In this document: positions 20,592 through 33,547 of the stretch, one piece after another
How positions within the stretch are numbered: the first letter of the stretch is position 1
Layout of the letters: each line of letters starts with the position of its first letter
Assembly (NCBI GenBank): GCA_002269645.1
Contig: NIVC01001526.1
Span: 209,594-273,593, forward strand
Length of the DNA stretch: 64,000 bases
Direction of reading: 5' to 3'
DNA from: Macrostomum lignano
Taxonomy: Eukaryota
The notes under the pieces: generated by a model
Told to the model about the DNA's origin: nothing
Database searches by the model: none
Seen by the model: only the letters and a program-made list of their open reading frames with translations
Translations under genes and position numbers: made by a program

Positions 20592-21580
20592 CAATGACAC
20601 TACTTTTAGCGGACCTAATGACATTAATTTTAGCACCCCAATGACACTAATTTTAGCACCCCAATGACACTAATTTTAGCACCCCAATGACACTAATTTT
20701 AGCACCCCAATGACACTAAATTTAGCGGACCAATGACACTAATTTTAGCACCCCAATGACACTAATTTTAGCACCACAATGACACTAATTTTAGCACCCA
20801 AATGACAATAATTTTAGCACCCCAATGACAATAATTTTAGCACCCCAATGACAATAATTTTAGCACCCCAATGACAATAATTTTAGCACCCCAATGACAA
20901 TAATTTTAGCACCCAAATGACAATAATTTTAGCACCCCAATGACAATAATTTTAGCACCACAATGACACATTTTGGCGGACCTAATGACACTACTTTTAG
21001 CGGACCTAATGACACTAATTTTAGCGGACCTAATGACACTAATTTTAGCGGACCTAATGACACTAATTTTAGCGGACCTAATGACACTAATTTTAGCACC
21101 CCATTTGACACATTTTGGTGGACCTAATGACACTAATTTTAGCGGACCTAATGACACTAATTTTAGCGGACCTAATGACACTAATATTAGCGCTCCAATG
21201 ACACCAAATTTTAGCACCCCAATGACAGTAATTTTAGCGGACCTAATGACACTACTTTTAGCGGACCTAATGACACTAATTTTAGCGGACCTAATGACAC
21301 TAATTTTAGCGGACCTAATGACACTAATTTTAGCGGACCTAATGACACTAATTTTAGCACCCCATTTGACACATTTTGGTGGACCTAATGACACTAATTT
21401 TAGCGGACCTAATGACACTAATTTTAGCGGACCTAATGACACTAATATTAGCGCTCCAATGACACCAAATTTTAGCACCCCAATGACAGTAATTTTAGCG
21501 GACCTAATGACACTACTTTTAGCGGACCTAATGACACTAATTTAAGCGCCCCCAATGACACTAATTTTAGCAGACTCAAT
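20592..21580 (+). repeat. 20-21-bp minisatellite (AATGACACTAATTTTAGC + ACCCC/GGACCT) with a 261-bp higher-order period
   Basis: The variant CTACTTTTAG recurs at 20991, 21252 and 21513. Confidence 0.92.
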
Positions 21581-22735
21581 GACACTAGCTTTGCCTGTAT
21601 CTAACTTGCCTATAGCTAGACTACACGTGTATGAAGACTGAGCTACAGACACTATAAAAAGTCTTTGTTTTTATAGTGTCTTTTTTTCTTTCGCTTTTAC
21701 CTTTTCTTTTCCTTAATAAGCGAATTCGTCTACTTTAAGTAAAAATAAAAGCAAATAAAACAGGAAATAAGCGTTAGCCGACTAATAAAATTTGATCAGT
21801 ATACCCTTGGAGTTCATTAACTTACTTAGCTGACTGTAGTTACTAACCAAGGCAGATTAAACATTGGATTTTGTATTTTAAGCTTATAAAACTTATTATT
21901 CTTACAGCTGTATAGCGTGTAGAGTGTTGGAGACACTTAGAGTTGCATTAGTGATAGGACAATAAATAATTAAATAAATGCAGTTTATGCACAGGAAACC
22001 CACTATTTAGTAACAGCATTTAGCATTATATTAGTTATTAAAACTCAAATCATTACAAAACTACTAATCATTACAAGTTTACATAAAACACACAACTTTT
22101 CTACGCAAATTAGTAATCAAATAAATTGAAATTGCAAAATGTATTACTGTAAAGATTCAAACTAAAAAAGGATACATAAAGCAAATTAATATTTACAGCA
22201 ATAAATAACTCTTAGCATAAATTATTACACCCCAAAGATAAAAACGCAGACAACAGGTAAAACAAAACTGATAGTTGATATTTTTAGATTACATTAAAAC
22301 AAAAATACATTAACTAAAACACTGATATAGCAAACTACTGTAAGTAGTAAGTAACGCATAAGATTCAATTTGCACAATTAAACTACAATTATGTAAATGA
22401 GGAATTTTGTGCCCCGTTTAATAAATTAAATGCCAAGCCATTTGGTTTCGGCCATAGACAAAATATTGAATCAGACGCATCTTAATTATTAATTAGTATT
22501 TAACTAAGTTATGAGTTTATCCCGGTAATTTTCATTAAGTGTTTTCGTTAAGTAAACAATTAAACATGTTTTAGATATTCAGGGCATTAAACCATTTCAA
22601 TATTTTAATTTTAATCAACAGTGGAAACGAAAAACGGAGAATAAAAAGAATGGCAACCCAGATTACTTCGATGGATACACAGTATATAAAAAACGCTCAT
22701 AAACGACATATAAAACCACGCCTATAAAACCACCA

Positions 22736-23176
22736 TTAGAATCGCACCTAAACCTCCCCTAGAATCGCCACTAAACCTCCCCTAGAATCGCCCTAAACCT
22801 CCCCTAGAATCGCACCTAAACCTCCCCTAGAATGGCCCCTAAACCTCCCCTAGAATCGCCACTAAACCTCCCCTAGAATCGCACCTAAACCTCCCCTAGA
22901 ATCGCCATTAAACCTCCCCTAGAATCGCCCTAAACCTCCCCTAGAAACGCACCTAAACCTCCCCTAGAATCGCCCTAAACCGATTCCCCTAGAATCGCCC
23001 TAAACCTCCCCTAGAATCGCCACTAAACCTCCCCTAGAATCGCCATTAAACCTCCGATAGAAACGCCCCTACACTTTCCTAAAATCGCCTCTAAACCACT
23101 CTTAAAATCGCTCCTAATCAATAGATAGAATCGCACCTAAACCTCCCCTAGAATGGCCCCTAAACCTCCCCTAGAA
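22736..23176 (+). repeat. ~21-22-bp minisatellite (TAAACCTCCCCTAGAATCGCCC)
   Basis: Tandem units downstream of the PPM1D stop codon. Confidence 0.9.
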
Positions 23177-23376
23177 TCGTTGCGATCTCAAAACTTGGCC
23201 ATAGCAATCAGGATGCGTCGAAATCCTGTTTTGCATTTCCACTGTTCCGCTAGGCCCAACAGAAGCAAATATTATTGCAGAAAGCAGAAAGCTGTATTGT
23301 AACGCGATAGAATGAATGCAATAGACAAAAGTTAAAAAAATATTATTACGATTAGCAGCAGAAGTCCGGGAAACCG

Positions 23377-26300
23377 TTAGCGCACACTCTTTCGCTTACG
23401 AAGCCGTTTTAAACAGCTTTCAACAGCCGAAGCTCCCGGCACCGAGGAGCCCATTGACAGGCGCCGGCGTTTAGCAGCAACCGGTGTTGCAGAAGTGGAA
23501 GCAGCAGCAGCAGTAGCAGCAGCAGCGGCAGAGCCGGACTTTTTCAGCTTCAATTGTTGCTGCTTTTGCTTTTGCTGTTTCTGCTGCTTTTTACCAGCAG
23601 GACTTGACGGCGCGGCGGCGGCAGCAGCAGCAGCAGCAGGAGACGCCGCGGTAGATCGAGTCTGCCGCTTTGCCGACGGAGAAGTAGAATCAATTGTTGG
23701 AGTCGTTGGCAGGTAGAAGCTGACGCCAGCAGCCTGCGATGCTGGAGCCGACGCTGTCGCCGAGCCCGACAACGGGGGCGGAGCCGGGGAACGTTTGAAG
23801 CCGGGCGAGAACAGGGTCCGATCGCTGCCGGCCTGCCGTTTCACCATTGCCTGGCCAGTCAGCTTGCCGCTCGGCTCGACGGCGGCTGCCGGCGCGTGCC
23901 TGGCGTGGCCGTGAGCGTTGGCGCCGGGCCTGTTGGCGTTCTGCCATTTGTCGCACTGGACCAACAGATCGTGCAGGCGAAGCGGCTGCTGCTGCTGACT
24001 CTGCTGTCGTTCGGCATCGTCTGAGAAGCCGCCTTCAACTACAGTCGGCGACTCTCGCTGCAGTCCCAGCCTGGCTAGCGTCAAGTCGCGCTGTTCGCTG
24101 CGCAGCTGCGACATGGGCCTGCCCGGCGGGTCCAGCATCACCACCAGAGCGGTGATGTTGTCAGCCCGCAGGTCGGCTCGCATCCAGCGTTGCATCGCCA
24201 TCTGAACCAGGCTGCCGCTTGGATTGTAAAAGAAATTCTGCGGCACGTCCGGGTCGGTGAATACCTGCGGCAGGGAGGGCGGCAGACAAAGAGGTTTAAT
24301 CTCTGAATGTCTTTGTCTCTTAATTCTTAAACAGAAACTTTGTTTCTTAAAATGGTCCCCGCTTTTTTAAATGGATATTTAATTTGTTAAAACTCTGTCC
24401 GAGTTTCTTAGAACAGTAACTCGGTTTCTTAGATTAAATAATACAGACCCAGTTTCTTGGAATAGCAGCTCTGTTTCTTAGAATACAGACCCAGTTTCTT
24501 GGAATAGCAGCTCTGTTTCTTATAATACAGACCCAGTTTCTTGGAATAGCAGCTCTGTTTCTTAGAATACAGACCCAGTTTCTTGGAATAGCAGCTCCGT
24601 TTCTTAGAATACAAACCCAATTTCTTGGAATAGCAGCTCTGTTTCTTAGAATACAGACCAAGTTTCTTGGAATAGAAGCTCTGTTTCTTAACAGACCCAG
24701 TTTCTTGGAATAGCAGCTCTGTTTCTTAACAGACCCAGTTTCTTGGAATAGCAGCTCTGTTTCTTAACAGACCCAGTTTCTTGGAATAGCAGCTCTGTTT
24801 CTTAGAATACAGACCCAGTTTCTTGGAATAGAAGCTCTGTTTCTTAGAATACAGACCCAGTTTCTTGGAATAGCAGCTCTGTTTCTTAGAATACAGACCC
24901 AGTTTCTTGGAATAGCAACTCTGTTTGTTAGAATACAGACCCAATTTCTTTGAATAGCAGCTCTGTTTCTTAGAATACAGACCCAATTTCTTGGAATAGC
25001 AGCTCTGTTTCTTAGAATACAGACCCAGTTTGTTGGAATAGCAACTCTGTTTGTTAGAATACAGACCCAATTTCTTGGAATAGCAGCTCTGTTTCTTAGA
25101 ATACAGACCCAGTTTTTGGAATAGCTCTGTTTCTAAGAATACAGACCCAGTTTCTTGGAATAGCAACTCTGTTTCTTAGAATACAGACTCAGTTTCTTAG
25201 ATTAGGAGTCTCATTTGTTTAAAATGGCGTTCAGTTAGTAAAACAATCTTATAGCCACATTCAGTTTTTGTTTAAATTGGCAAACTCAATCTTATAGAAC
25301 AAAGCAAATTCCAATAACAATACCTTATTCTCTGTGGATCTCTCGCAGATGTGCACCATCTCAACGGCGCTATCGGGGGCAACCATATTCCACAATCCGT
25401 CGGAACCCAATATGAGGCACTTGTGCTTGCTATAATCCAAATTGATGCACTGCACGTCCGGCTCTGGGGAAACGTGGAATTCCGAAGAGTTTTTATCATA
25501 GGACCATAAATCGCCCAGGGAACGGGCTACGGCTAGGAATGGCACCGATTCAAATAACTGGCGCTGCTGCTGTTGCTGAGGAGACGAATCGGCGCCGCTC
25601 GACTGAGCTGGCCGGCGCCACACAACCCGATAGACGCCGCCTTTGCGCATCAGACTGCCACCGGCCCGTTCGATACGCTCTCGCTCCTTCGGGTTTGACG
25701 GCTTGTGCTCAACCGTGAGTGCTTGAGCGTGCCACAGGTCGCGGGATTGTTCGCGGGTGTCCCGACAGCCCAGCACAATGGCCGAGTCGCCAACGTGGCC
25801 AGTGTAGAGTTTACGATTGCGCACAATAGCAATGGAGGCTGTGGTGCCGGCTGTGCTGTCTAAACCGCGCGAAGTCTTGGCCCAGTTGCCTGGCGGGTTG
25901 TTGTAGGGGACAATTGTGGGTGCGTCACGTGACTCTGTGGCTATTCAACATTGATTGGTTAACTATGTTAGCCTATCTTAAGCTTGATTTTTATAGAGAT
26001 TCTAAATTGGTCAAGAAATATTCTTCCGCATTTAAGAGTTCAGCTCGGTTCATGGGGACTCTAAGCGGTGATTCTAGTGGGGATCAAGGGCGATTCTAAA
26101 GGGAGATTAAGGGCAATTCCTGGGGTGGATCAAAGCCAATTCTATTTGGGGGATTAGGGGCGATTCTTGAGGTGGATTACAGTGATTCAAATGGGAAGAT
26201 TAGAGGCGATTTCTGGTGGATTAGAGTGATTCTTGTGGTGGATTAGAGTGATTGTTGTGGTGGATTAGTGATTCAAATGGGGAGATTAGGGGCGATTCCT

Positions 26301-27449
26301 GGTGGGTTGGGAGTGATTATTGGGGTGGATTAGAGTGATTCTTCTTAAGGTGGATTAGAGTGATTCTTCTTAAGGTGGATTAGAATGATTATTGGGGTGG
26401 ATTAGGGTGATTCCAATGGGGGATTAAGAGCGATTGTAATGAAGAATTAAGGATGATTCTTGGGATCTATAAGGGCAATTTTAGTGAGTGAGTCTTAGCA
26501 ATAATTGTAATAAATTAGAGTTTTTTAGTGAATTTAGGGCTATTTCTAGGGTGGATTTGCAGCAATTCTTTCAATAGATTTGGGACCTCATAGTTAGCCT
26601 CAGCAATTTGAAGGTGATTGTTCATTAGAATTGGCAATTTTTGGGGTAGATTAGTTGCTATTTTTAGGATAAATTAGGGAAATAATTGTAATAGATTTGT
26701 AGGCAGTTAGAAGAAAGAAGAACAATAGAAAAGGAATAATACATTAATACATCATAATATACTATCCGTCAAAAGTTCCCAAACCCTTGCTACGATGTCT
26801 TCTAGCAGACATAATTTCAGTCCGTTTTAATTGTAACTTGATTCAAATGAAAGCTGCGGATCTTAGCTCCATGATGTGGTCAAGAAAAAGTTTATTCGAA
26901 GGAGTGCGTGTGAACAGGCCAGTGTTATGTACATAAAGGTTAGAGAAAAAAGTGAGGAAAAGACAAACAAGCAATTGTCTATTGATTGGAACTAACATTT
27001 TTATATCTTAAAATAAGCCTTATAAAATGCAAAAAGATTTAGCCAAAAAGATTTGGCCAATGCTAGGCCTATTGGCATTTTTTAAACAAAAATTAAAAAT
27101 TAGTATAGAGCTTACCTCGCTCATTCCACATTGCTTTGTGGGTATTAATGAAGCCTTGTCTTATAGCTTCAAGAACAGCATTGTCATCATTTGACCAAAA
27201 GCCATCAATCTTCTTTATTTCACTCAATAGATGAGACTTAGCAAATTTAGCTGCTTCAGCTCCACCATGACCATCAAAAACACCAAAGTAGGCAAATTTA
27301 ATGCGATCAGATTCAGGCTTGTCTGGGCACTTTTCAAAGTAATACGTTGCAAAATCTTCCATGTATGCACGCATACCCTGATTCATGCATTCTGTTACTC
27401 GCAGGTTGATGCCTATTTCAAAACTCTGCATTCTAGAATCAATAGGCAT
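23377..27449 (-). CDS. PPM1D: PP2C-family phosphatase Wip1/PPM1D; exons 27449-27116, 25889-25324, 24264-23377
   Basis: QGMRAYMED, YFGVFDGHGG, STAGTTAS, HVGDS, VEHKP, FLAVARSLGDLWSY, HVSPEPDV, LILGSDGLWNM, ADNIT. The WRRP and DLWSY motifs are PPM1D-specific. Junction phases 1 and 0 are consistent. An in-frame alternative acceptor ~45 nt upstream of exon 2 is possible. Confidence 0.93.
24420..25200 (+). repeat. 42-bp minisatellite (AATACAGACCCAGTTTCTTGGAATAGCAGCTCTGTTTCTTAG) in PPM1D intron 2
   Basis: Tandem units visible; they give the LGLYSKKQSCYSKK pseudo-ORFs. Confidence 0.93.
26060..26470 (-). repeat. Degenerate ~21-bp array (GGGGATTAGGGCGATTCT-like) in PPM1D intron 1
   Basis: Recurrent GGATTAG(A/G)G(C/T)GATT. 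It resembles the reverse complement of the 22736-23176 unit. Confidence 0.6.
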
Positions 27450-28046
27450 ATGGAAATGCTATCTATGTAGATAGACTAGTTTATTCGGTTTTAAGACAAT
27501 GACAGCAAAAACAAACCTGCAAGGGCTTACTGCTAGGCTTGTTCGGAAAGCAAAAAATAGGCCTAAGCCTAAGGCAGACAGAAGACAGTCAAACAGTGAA
27601 ACAGATTCTATAGACTATACAAAATGCAGATGCATTAGTAATAATAATAATAAATGTATGCTAAAAATCAATATTTTAATTAAAAATTAGACAAACACGG
27701 ACTTCAGATACGAATACAGTTAAAGCAGTGTAGTCTACTTGGTAATTATTATTATTAATTATTAATTATTACTATTTAGAAACATTTCTTGGAAAGCAAA
27801 TTTCCTCAAAAAGTAATAAAACAACTTTCTCAAAATGTTAAATTGTCCAAAAGGTAAATAACTACAAATTGAATAAAAATATTTTTAACTCTTTATTAAC
27901 AAGACAAATTCTTGAACAAGCAAATAAGTATAGATTTCAAAACTACATTTTTCTACGAAAGACTTAAATATCTCAAATTGAGTTATCGCGCCTCATCGAT
28001 TTGCTAAGTGCTGAAGTCTTTTGTGTCTAGTTAGAACCACAGGTTT

Positions 28047-28433
28047 TTTTATTAGAGGCAGAGGGGTTGTGTGCACTCTGGCGCACTTTAAGCGACATAG
28101 GCACACAACCGGCGAGAAGCATTATTGCCCATTCCACCGACTCCCCAGTCCCCTGAGCAGGCATACAAGCGCGCGGATACGTACGCAGTCACACACTCAC
28201 TCACACAGAAGTGTACAGCGGCCCTAAACTTTATTTTATCGTTAGGAATGTACACTTCACTGCGCTTTGGGGGGGGGGTTGGCTCTCAAGGCCGTTAATT
28301 GCACGAGCAGAGCCAAGCCGAGATTCCAATTCAGCCCCAAATTAATGTGACTGCACTTGGAATCGAGCATGGGTCGCTGGCACACAAGAGCCTCAAAGCC
28401 TGCGCTAGACCGCTGGGCTACGCCCCCCCCCCT
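28047..28433 (-). mobile_element. Full-length tRNA-derived SINE (~390 bp) with 13-bp TSD GAACCACAGGTTT
   Basis: The minus-strand head GGGCGTAGCCCAGCGGTCTAGCGC...ATGCTCGATTCC carries A-box- and B-box-like motifs, and there is a short A-rich tail. TSD at 28034-28046 and 28434-28446. Partial copies lie at ~12045-12150, ~30585-30660 and ~44625-44822. Confidence 0.8.
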
Positions 28434-29467
28434 GAACCACAGGTTTATTCATAGCATGATTTTTAAAAATTTTGATGCAAATATTGCGCTTTTTGAATAC
28501 TCTTCAATTATCCAAAATTTTTGAGCAAAGGACTCAATGACAATAATAATATCACAATCTATTCCTAATTTTCTAGTTTTTCGACTAGATAATAGCTAAC
28601 ATATGTAAATCTAGCTGAAAAAAATTAAGTGTTCTTTATTTAACTTAGACTTCAATTGACAAAGAAATATCTTGGCTTAGGTTAAATTTAAATTTTTTGG
28701 TAATTAAGGTTGGACTTGGACCTACCTAGAAAGTTTTTTCTGGGGGAGGGAAGCTATACCAATCAACTAGAACAGGCAAAATAAGGTAAAAAATACAAGC
28801 CAAAGAAATTATGATCTATTTCTGGCCATAGCAAATGGGTCCTTAGTCCCCTTGGCCTCTATACTCAAGGTCTACCTCTGATATATTGTATCATAATATT
28901 TTTTAGCCTAGGCTTAAGTCTTAAAATAAGAAATAGCATGTTTTATGGATAGTTTGTTGGTAATTTTTGTTATAAAATATATGAAATAAAATTCACAATT
29001 AAACTAAAATCAAGATAGCATTACTTCTATGTGATTTTTAATTTCTTAGATGGAATTTGTTTTTCATTATTTGTACTCTAAGCTATGAACTATGGTCTAC
29101 TAATAATTCCATAGCAGGCCTAGAGATTTCTAAAACTAATTTCTAAAAGTTTTATATCATTTTAAGCAGCAGAAATAAATAAAATAATTTGTACTTTTTG
29201 TGTTTACTGTTTAATATCATTAAAGTACATTTTATTTATAAATAATGACAATGAAAAATATAAATTGTAAAGATCAATTTTACTGCTAAGGTTTAACTTT
29301 ATTACAACCGTGATATTAACATATGTCTTTTATGATTTCAATTTTTTGCAACTTGTATACAAATATAATTTTTAAATATAGAGAAAGACTTTAGCTTTCA
29401 CCGAATTTATCACAGATAATTTATGGTATGAATTATTTCAGGGCAGGGAATCTCTCTCTGGTCCACA

Positions 29468-32400
29468 ATGACATCATCATCCATGTACTACAAAAAGCTA
29501 CTGCAGGATTTAAGTAAGTAGCAGGTTTTTTCAAAACCCTATTTAATTTTAAAGTAATAGTTTTAGTTGGATCTGCAATTAGCGTTCTATCCTCATGCAA
29601 CTCAAACAGAACAGTCCCAGCTAGATCGCATCCGTTTCGCCGCCTATCGAACAGCAATGAAACTGCGCTTCATCCAACGTCGAGTCAGCCTCCACCTGGT
29701 TGACCTGTACACCTTGATCGAATGCTTCAGACTGGCCCATTTTCACGTGCTCGAATATGATGCCGAGCTGAGCCCGGAACAGCTCGAACAGTTGCTATGC
29801 ACCCTGTACGATCAGTTGAACAAGCGGCTCGGGCTGGCCAACTCAGCCGAAGTGGCTGGCGCTCACGAGAACTACCTGCAGGAACTGGCCGGCATGCTGC
29901 ACGCTTGGCTGTTTGCCAGATCGCAGTTCGGCTTCGGCCAGCGAATGACCGCACTAGGCGCTAAAGTGGCCATGTCTGTACTGTGCAACGCTAAGCCTAT
30001 TGATAAATTGCGCTATCATTTCACGCTCATATGCGACCCGGTTACTGGGGTGCTAGATCGCACTAAAGCCCAGGCTTACACCATCGAACTGCTATCCTTA
30101 CCTGCCGGAGTATTCGAACAGAATAATTTCTATTACCAGCCGGACACCTGCTGCTTTCTGTCTCAGTGCGCCGGTCTGTTGCATTTCTTGGAAATTCTTC
30201 TAGCCGAAGACGCCGCTCCACAGCCGCTGCTCTGGCTGACGACATTTCATCGGCTGCAGACTACCGCCAGCCATCCAGTGAGGTGCTCGGTGTGCGGCCA
30301 GGAGCCGATATTGGGCTTTCGGTACAAATGCCAACAGTGCATCGGTTCGTTTAACCTGTGCCAGGAGTGCTTCTGGACCGGGGCGACTGCTGGCGGGCAC
30401 ACGCTCAACCACGAGGTTAAGGAGTACACCAGCTGGGTGAGTGGCGCTTGGCCAGCAGGTTGCTCGAAGTTTACATAAAGTGGGTTATGCCCAGCGCTAA
30501 GGGAATTCTGCTCATTCCGCTGACACCTGAGCGCACATACATGCGCGCCAGTACACATACATGCGCGCCAATACTGTACTTAGGCGCGCACTCAAATACA
30601 CACGCTCACACAGGGTGTACAGCGGGCCCTTTGACTTTCTAGTCGTCAGGCATGTCTGTACTCTCTCGATGCCTGTGTTTCAATTTAGAAACTCCATTGC
30701 GTCGATTATTGTAATCCCCTAATCGTAGTCTCAGAAAACAATTAAATTTATTAATTAACCTCCATCTAAGATCTTAGAGGCTGCAGAAAAGCAGAAATTT
30801 CAATTACAATTGCAGCAACATCCCAGTATCGATCAAAATGGCCCCCATATCGATTGAAGCAACCCCCAGTATCGATCGCAGCAACCCCCACCCATATCGG
30901 TCGTAGCAACCCCCATATCGATCGCAACAACCCCCATATCGATCGCAGCACCCCTATATCGATCGCAGCAACCCCCACCCATATCGATCGCAGCAAACCC
31001 AATATCGATCGCAGCAACCCCGACCCATATCGATTGCAGCAGCCCCCACCCATATCGATCGCAGCAACCCCCACCCATATCGATCGCAGCAACCCCATAT
31101 CGACCGCAGCAACCCCCACCCATATCGATCGCAGCAACCCCCACCCATATCGATCGCAGCAGCCCCATTATCGATTTTAGCAACCCCCACCCATATCGAT
31201 CGCAGCAACCCCCACCCATATCGATCGCAGCAACCCCAATATGGATTGTAGCAACCCCCACCCATATCGATCGCAGCAACCCCAATATCGATTGTAGCAA
31301 CCCTCACCCATATCGATCGCAGCAACCCCATATCGATCGCAGCAACCCCCACCCATATCGGTCGTAGCAACCCCCACCCATATCGATCGCAGCAACCCCC
31401 ATATCGATCGCAGCAACCCCCATATCGATCGCAGCAACCCCCATATCGATCGCAGCAACCCCCACCCATATCGATCGCAGCAACCCCCACCCATATCGAT
31501 CGCAGCAACCCCCATATCGATCGCAGCAACCCCCACCCATATCGATCGCAGCAACCCCCAAATCGATCGCAGCAACCCCACCCATATCGATCGCAGCAAC
31601 CCCAAAATCGATCGCAGCAACCCCCACCCATATCGATCGCAGCAACCCCCACCCGTATCGATCGCAGCAACCCTCATATCGATCGCAGAAATTCTAATCT
31701 CGCTATGAATAAAGTATCAGTTCTTCATAGAACATTTCTCTATTTTATATGCCTTCCAGTGATCAATAAGTCCTTTGAGCTACCGTATTGGTATAAATCC
31801 TATAGCAGCAGTTCATATAACGCTTGGAAACATGCCATGAACTTTGTTTGCATTGGCAGAGCTTGGGGATGAAGCGAGTACGTGTCGGAGACGAGATTGA
31901 GGATCAGTCAGCCACGTGATTGCTTTTTTTGTGGAGCTTTAAGTGGACATTCAATCGCTAAATTTGCGGTGTGTATAAAGTGCAGCAACTCTTGAAAAAA
32001 TGAGAATGAATGAACCGCGTCCTCGCTCAACAGGGCGGTTGGTTTAATACTATGTAGTTGGGCACTTGTAAAGTCCTAGAATAGAATGAATAAGCTGTAA
32101 ACCTTTTAAGCCTATGCTCCACTTTTATCCGCATGGGACTCGGTATAAATATTTATACACAGCAAACATTGCTGTTCCGCTTGCTAGGCCTGTTGCTCTG
32201 TGCTTTTCCATCCATCTCGTTCATCGGTTTTGCTTCATAGCTACTGTTTCTATGCTTTTATATTGCAGGCATTTTCTTCTTTTAGTTTGGCTAACTATTC
32301 ATTGTTTGCGAATCAGTTGTTTTTGGAATAATTTTAACATCCGTTTACTGAAATGTTATCAGAGACTCTTCGAATTGGATCTGTGCATTTGAATAGCCTG

Positions 32401-33502
32401 TGTGAAGTGTCAGGGGGCAGAGCAGTTCTACTCTGACTGACTGACTGACTGACTGACTGACTGACTGACTGACTGACTGACTGACTGACTGGCTGACTGA
32501 CTGACTGACTGACTGACTGACTGGCTCACGCATATTAATTGAAAACACGTGTTAGAATCCGTTACACATACAAGCATATAAAAGCTCTACTAAGCCCAAA
32601 GTTTCCCTTCGTTTACCTTTCATATCCGGATCGCTTATCTTATCTCCTTGACGTTTCTCTCTTCCTCTCTCCAACTTCATAGGCATAAGGTTTATAGGGA
32701 AAATCTTTCCCGTTGTACAGGGGGTGTTGCTAAGGTAGTTGGGGATAATTTAGAATGGCGAAGAAGGTGGAGGGGAGCTGCAGGGGGGTGGGGCTACCGT
32801 TATTGGGCCCGAATGTTCGAACCGTGCAGGTCCAGCAAGAGCCAGATGGTGGGTTTCTGCGTGCAACTTTTTTTACCTGCACCAGATTCAGTTAGAGTGA
32901 GGGTGTTGCTGGGCAAGGCTTCTACATCATTTCTTTCTTCGGTGTCTTCCCGTTTTTTCTGTCTCTCCGACCTGCACAGTCAGCTGGCTGTATAGAAAGG
33001 GGATAAAAGCTGGCGGAGGGGCGACTGGCTGCCGGGACACACAGACGCAAAACTTCAGTCCCGTTTAAATCGAGAGATTCTGCAGCTTTCTATTTAATCT
33101 GTCCAAAAGCAGATCATGCCAAATAAGGAAGGTAAAACTTCTGTAGTGGTTAATCCCAGCGATGAAGCTTTCCCAGCTTCTCGCGCCGCAGTTGTCTGCC
33201 CGCGCTGCTTGAAGACCCGGCCGTCTCCGCCTTCTCTGCCGCAATCTTTTTCGGCTGTTTTGTCTTCTTCCGCATCGAATTCTTCTGCTTTTTCTGCGCC
33301 GCAATCCGCCGAACAGAAGCAGCAAAACAGCCGGCCACCGCCGCGTCCGGTTAAACGGTCGGAGAGCTTCACCTCCCGCCTCACCTCAATGCTGCTGCCC
33401 CGCTCCGTGAGTGCCGCTTCTGTGTGTCTGTCTGTCTGTGTGTGTCTGTCTGTTTGTGTCTGTCTGTCTGTCTGTGTGTCTGTCTGTTTGTGTCTGTCTG
33501 TC

Positions 33503-33547
<45 letters not shown>

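Noticed and set aside
28360-28433. Functional tRNA gene
   Set aside because: A/B boxes are present but there is no clean cloverleaf. It continues into a SINE body with tail and TSD.
29567-29609. ORF-track start (TTG) for dystrobrevin
   Set aside because: This stretch is intronic. The frame is supplied by exon 29468-29513 spliced to 29610.
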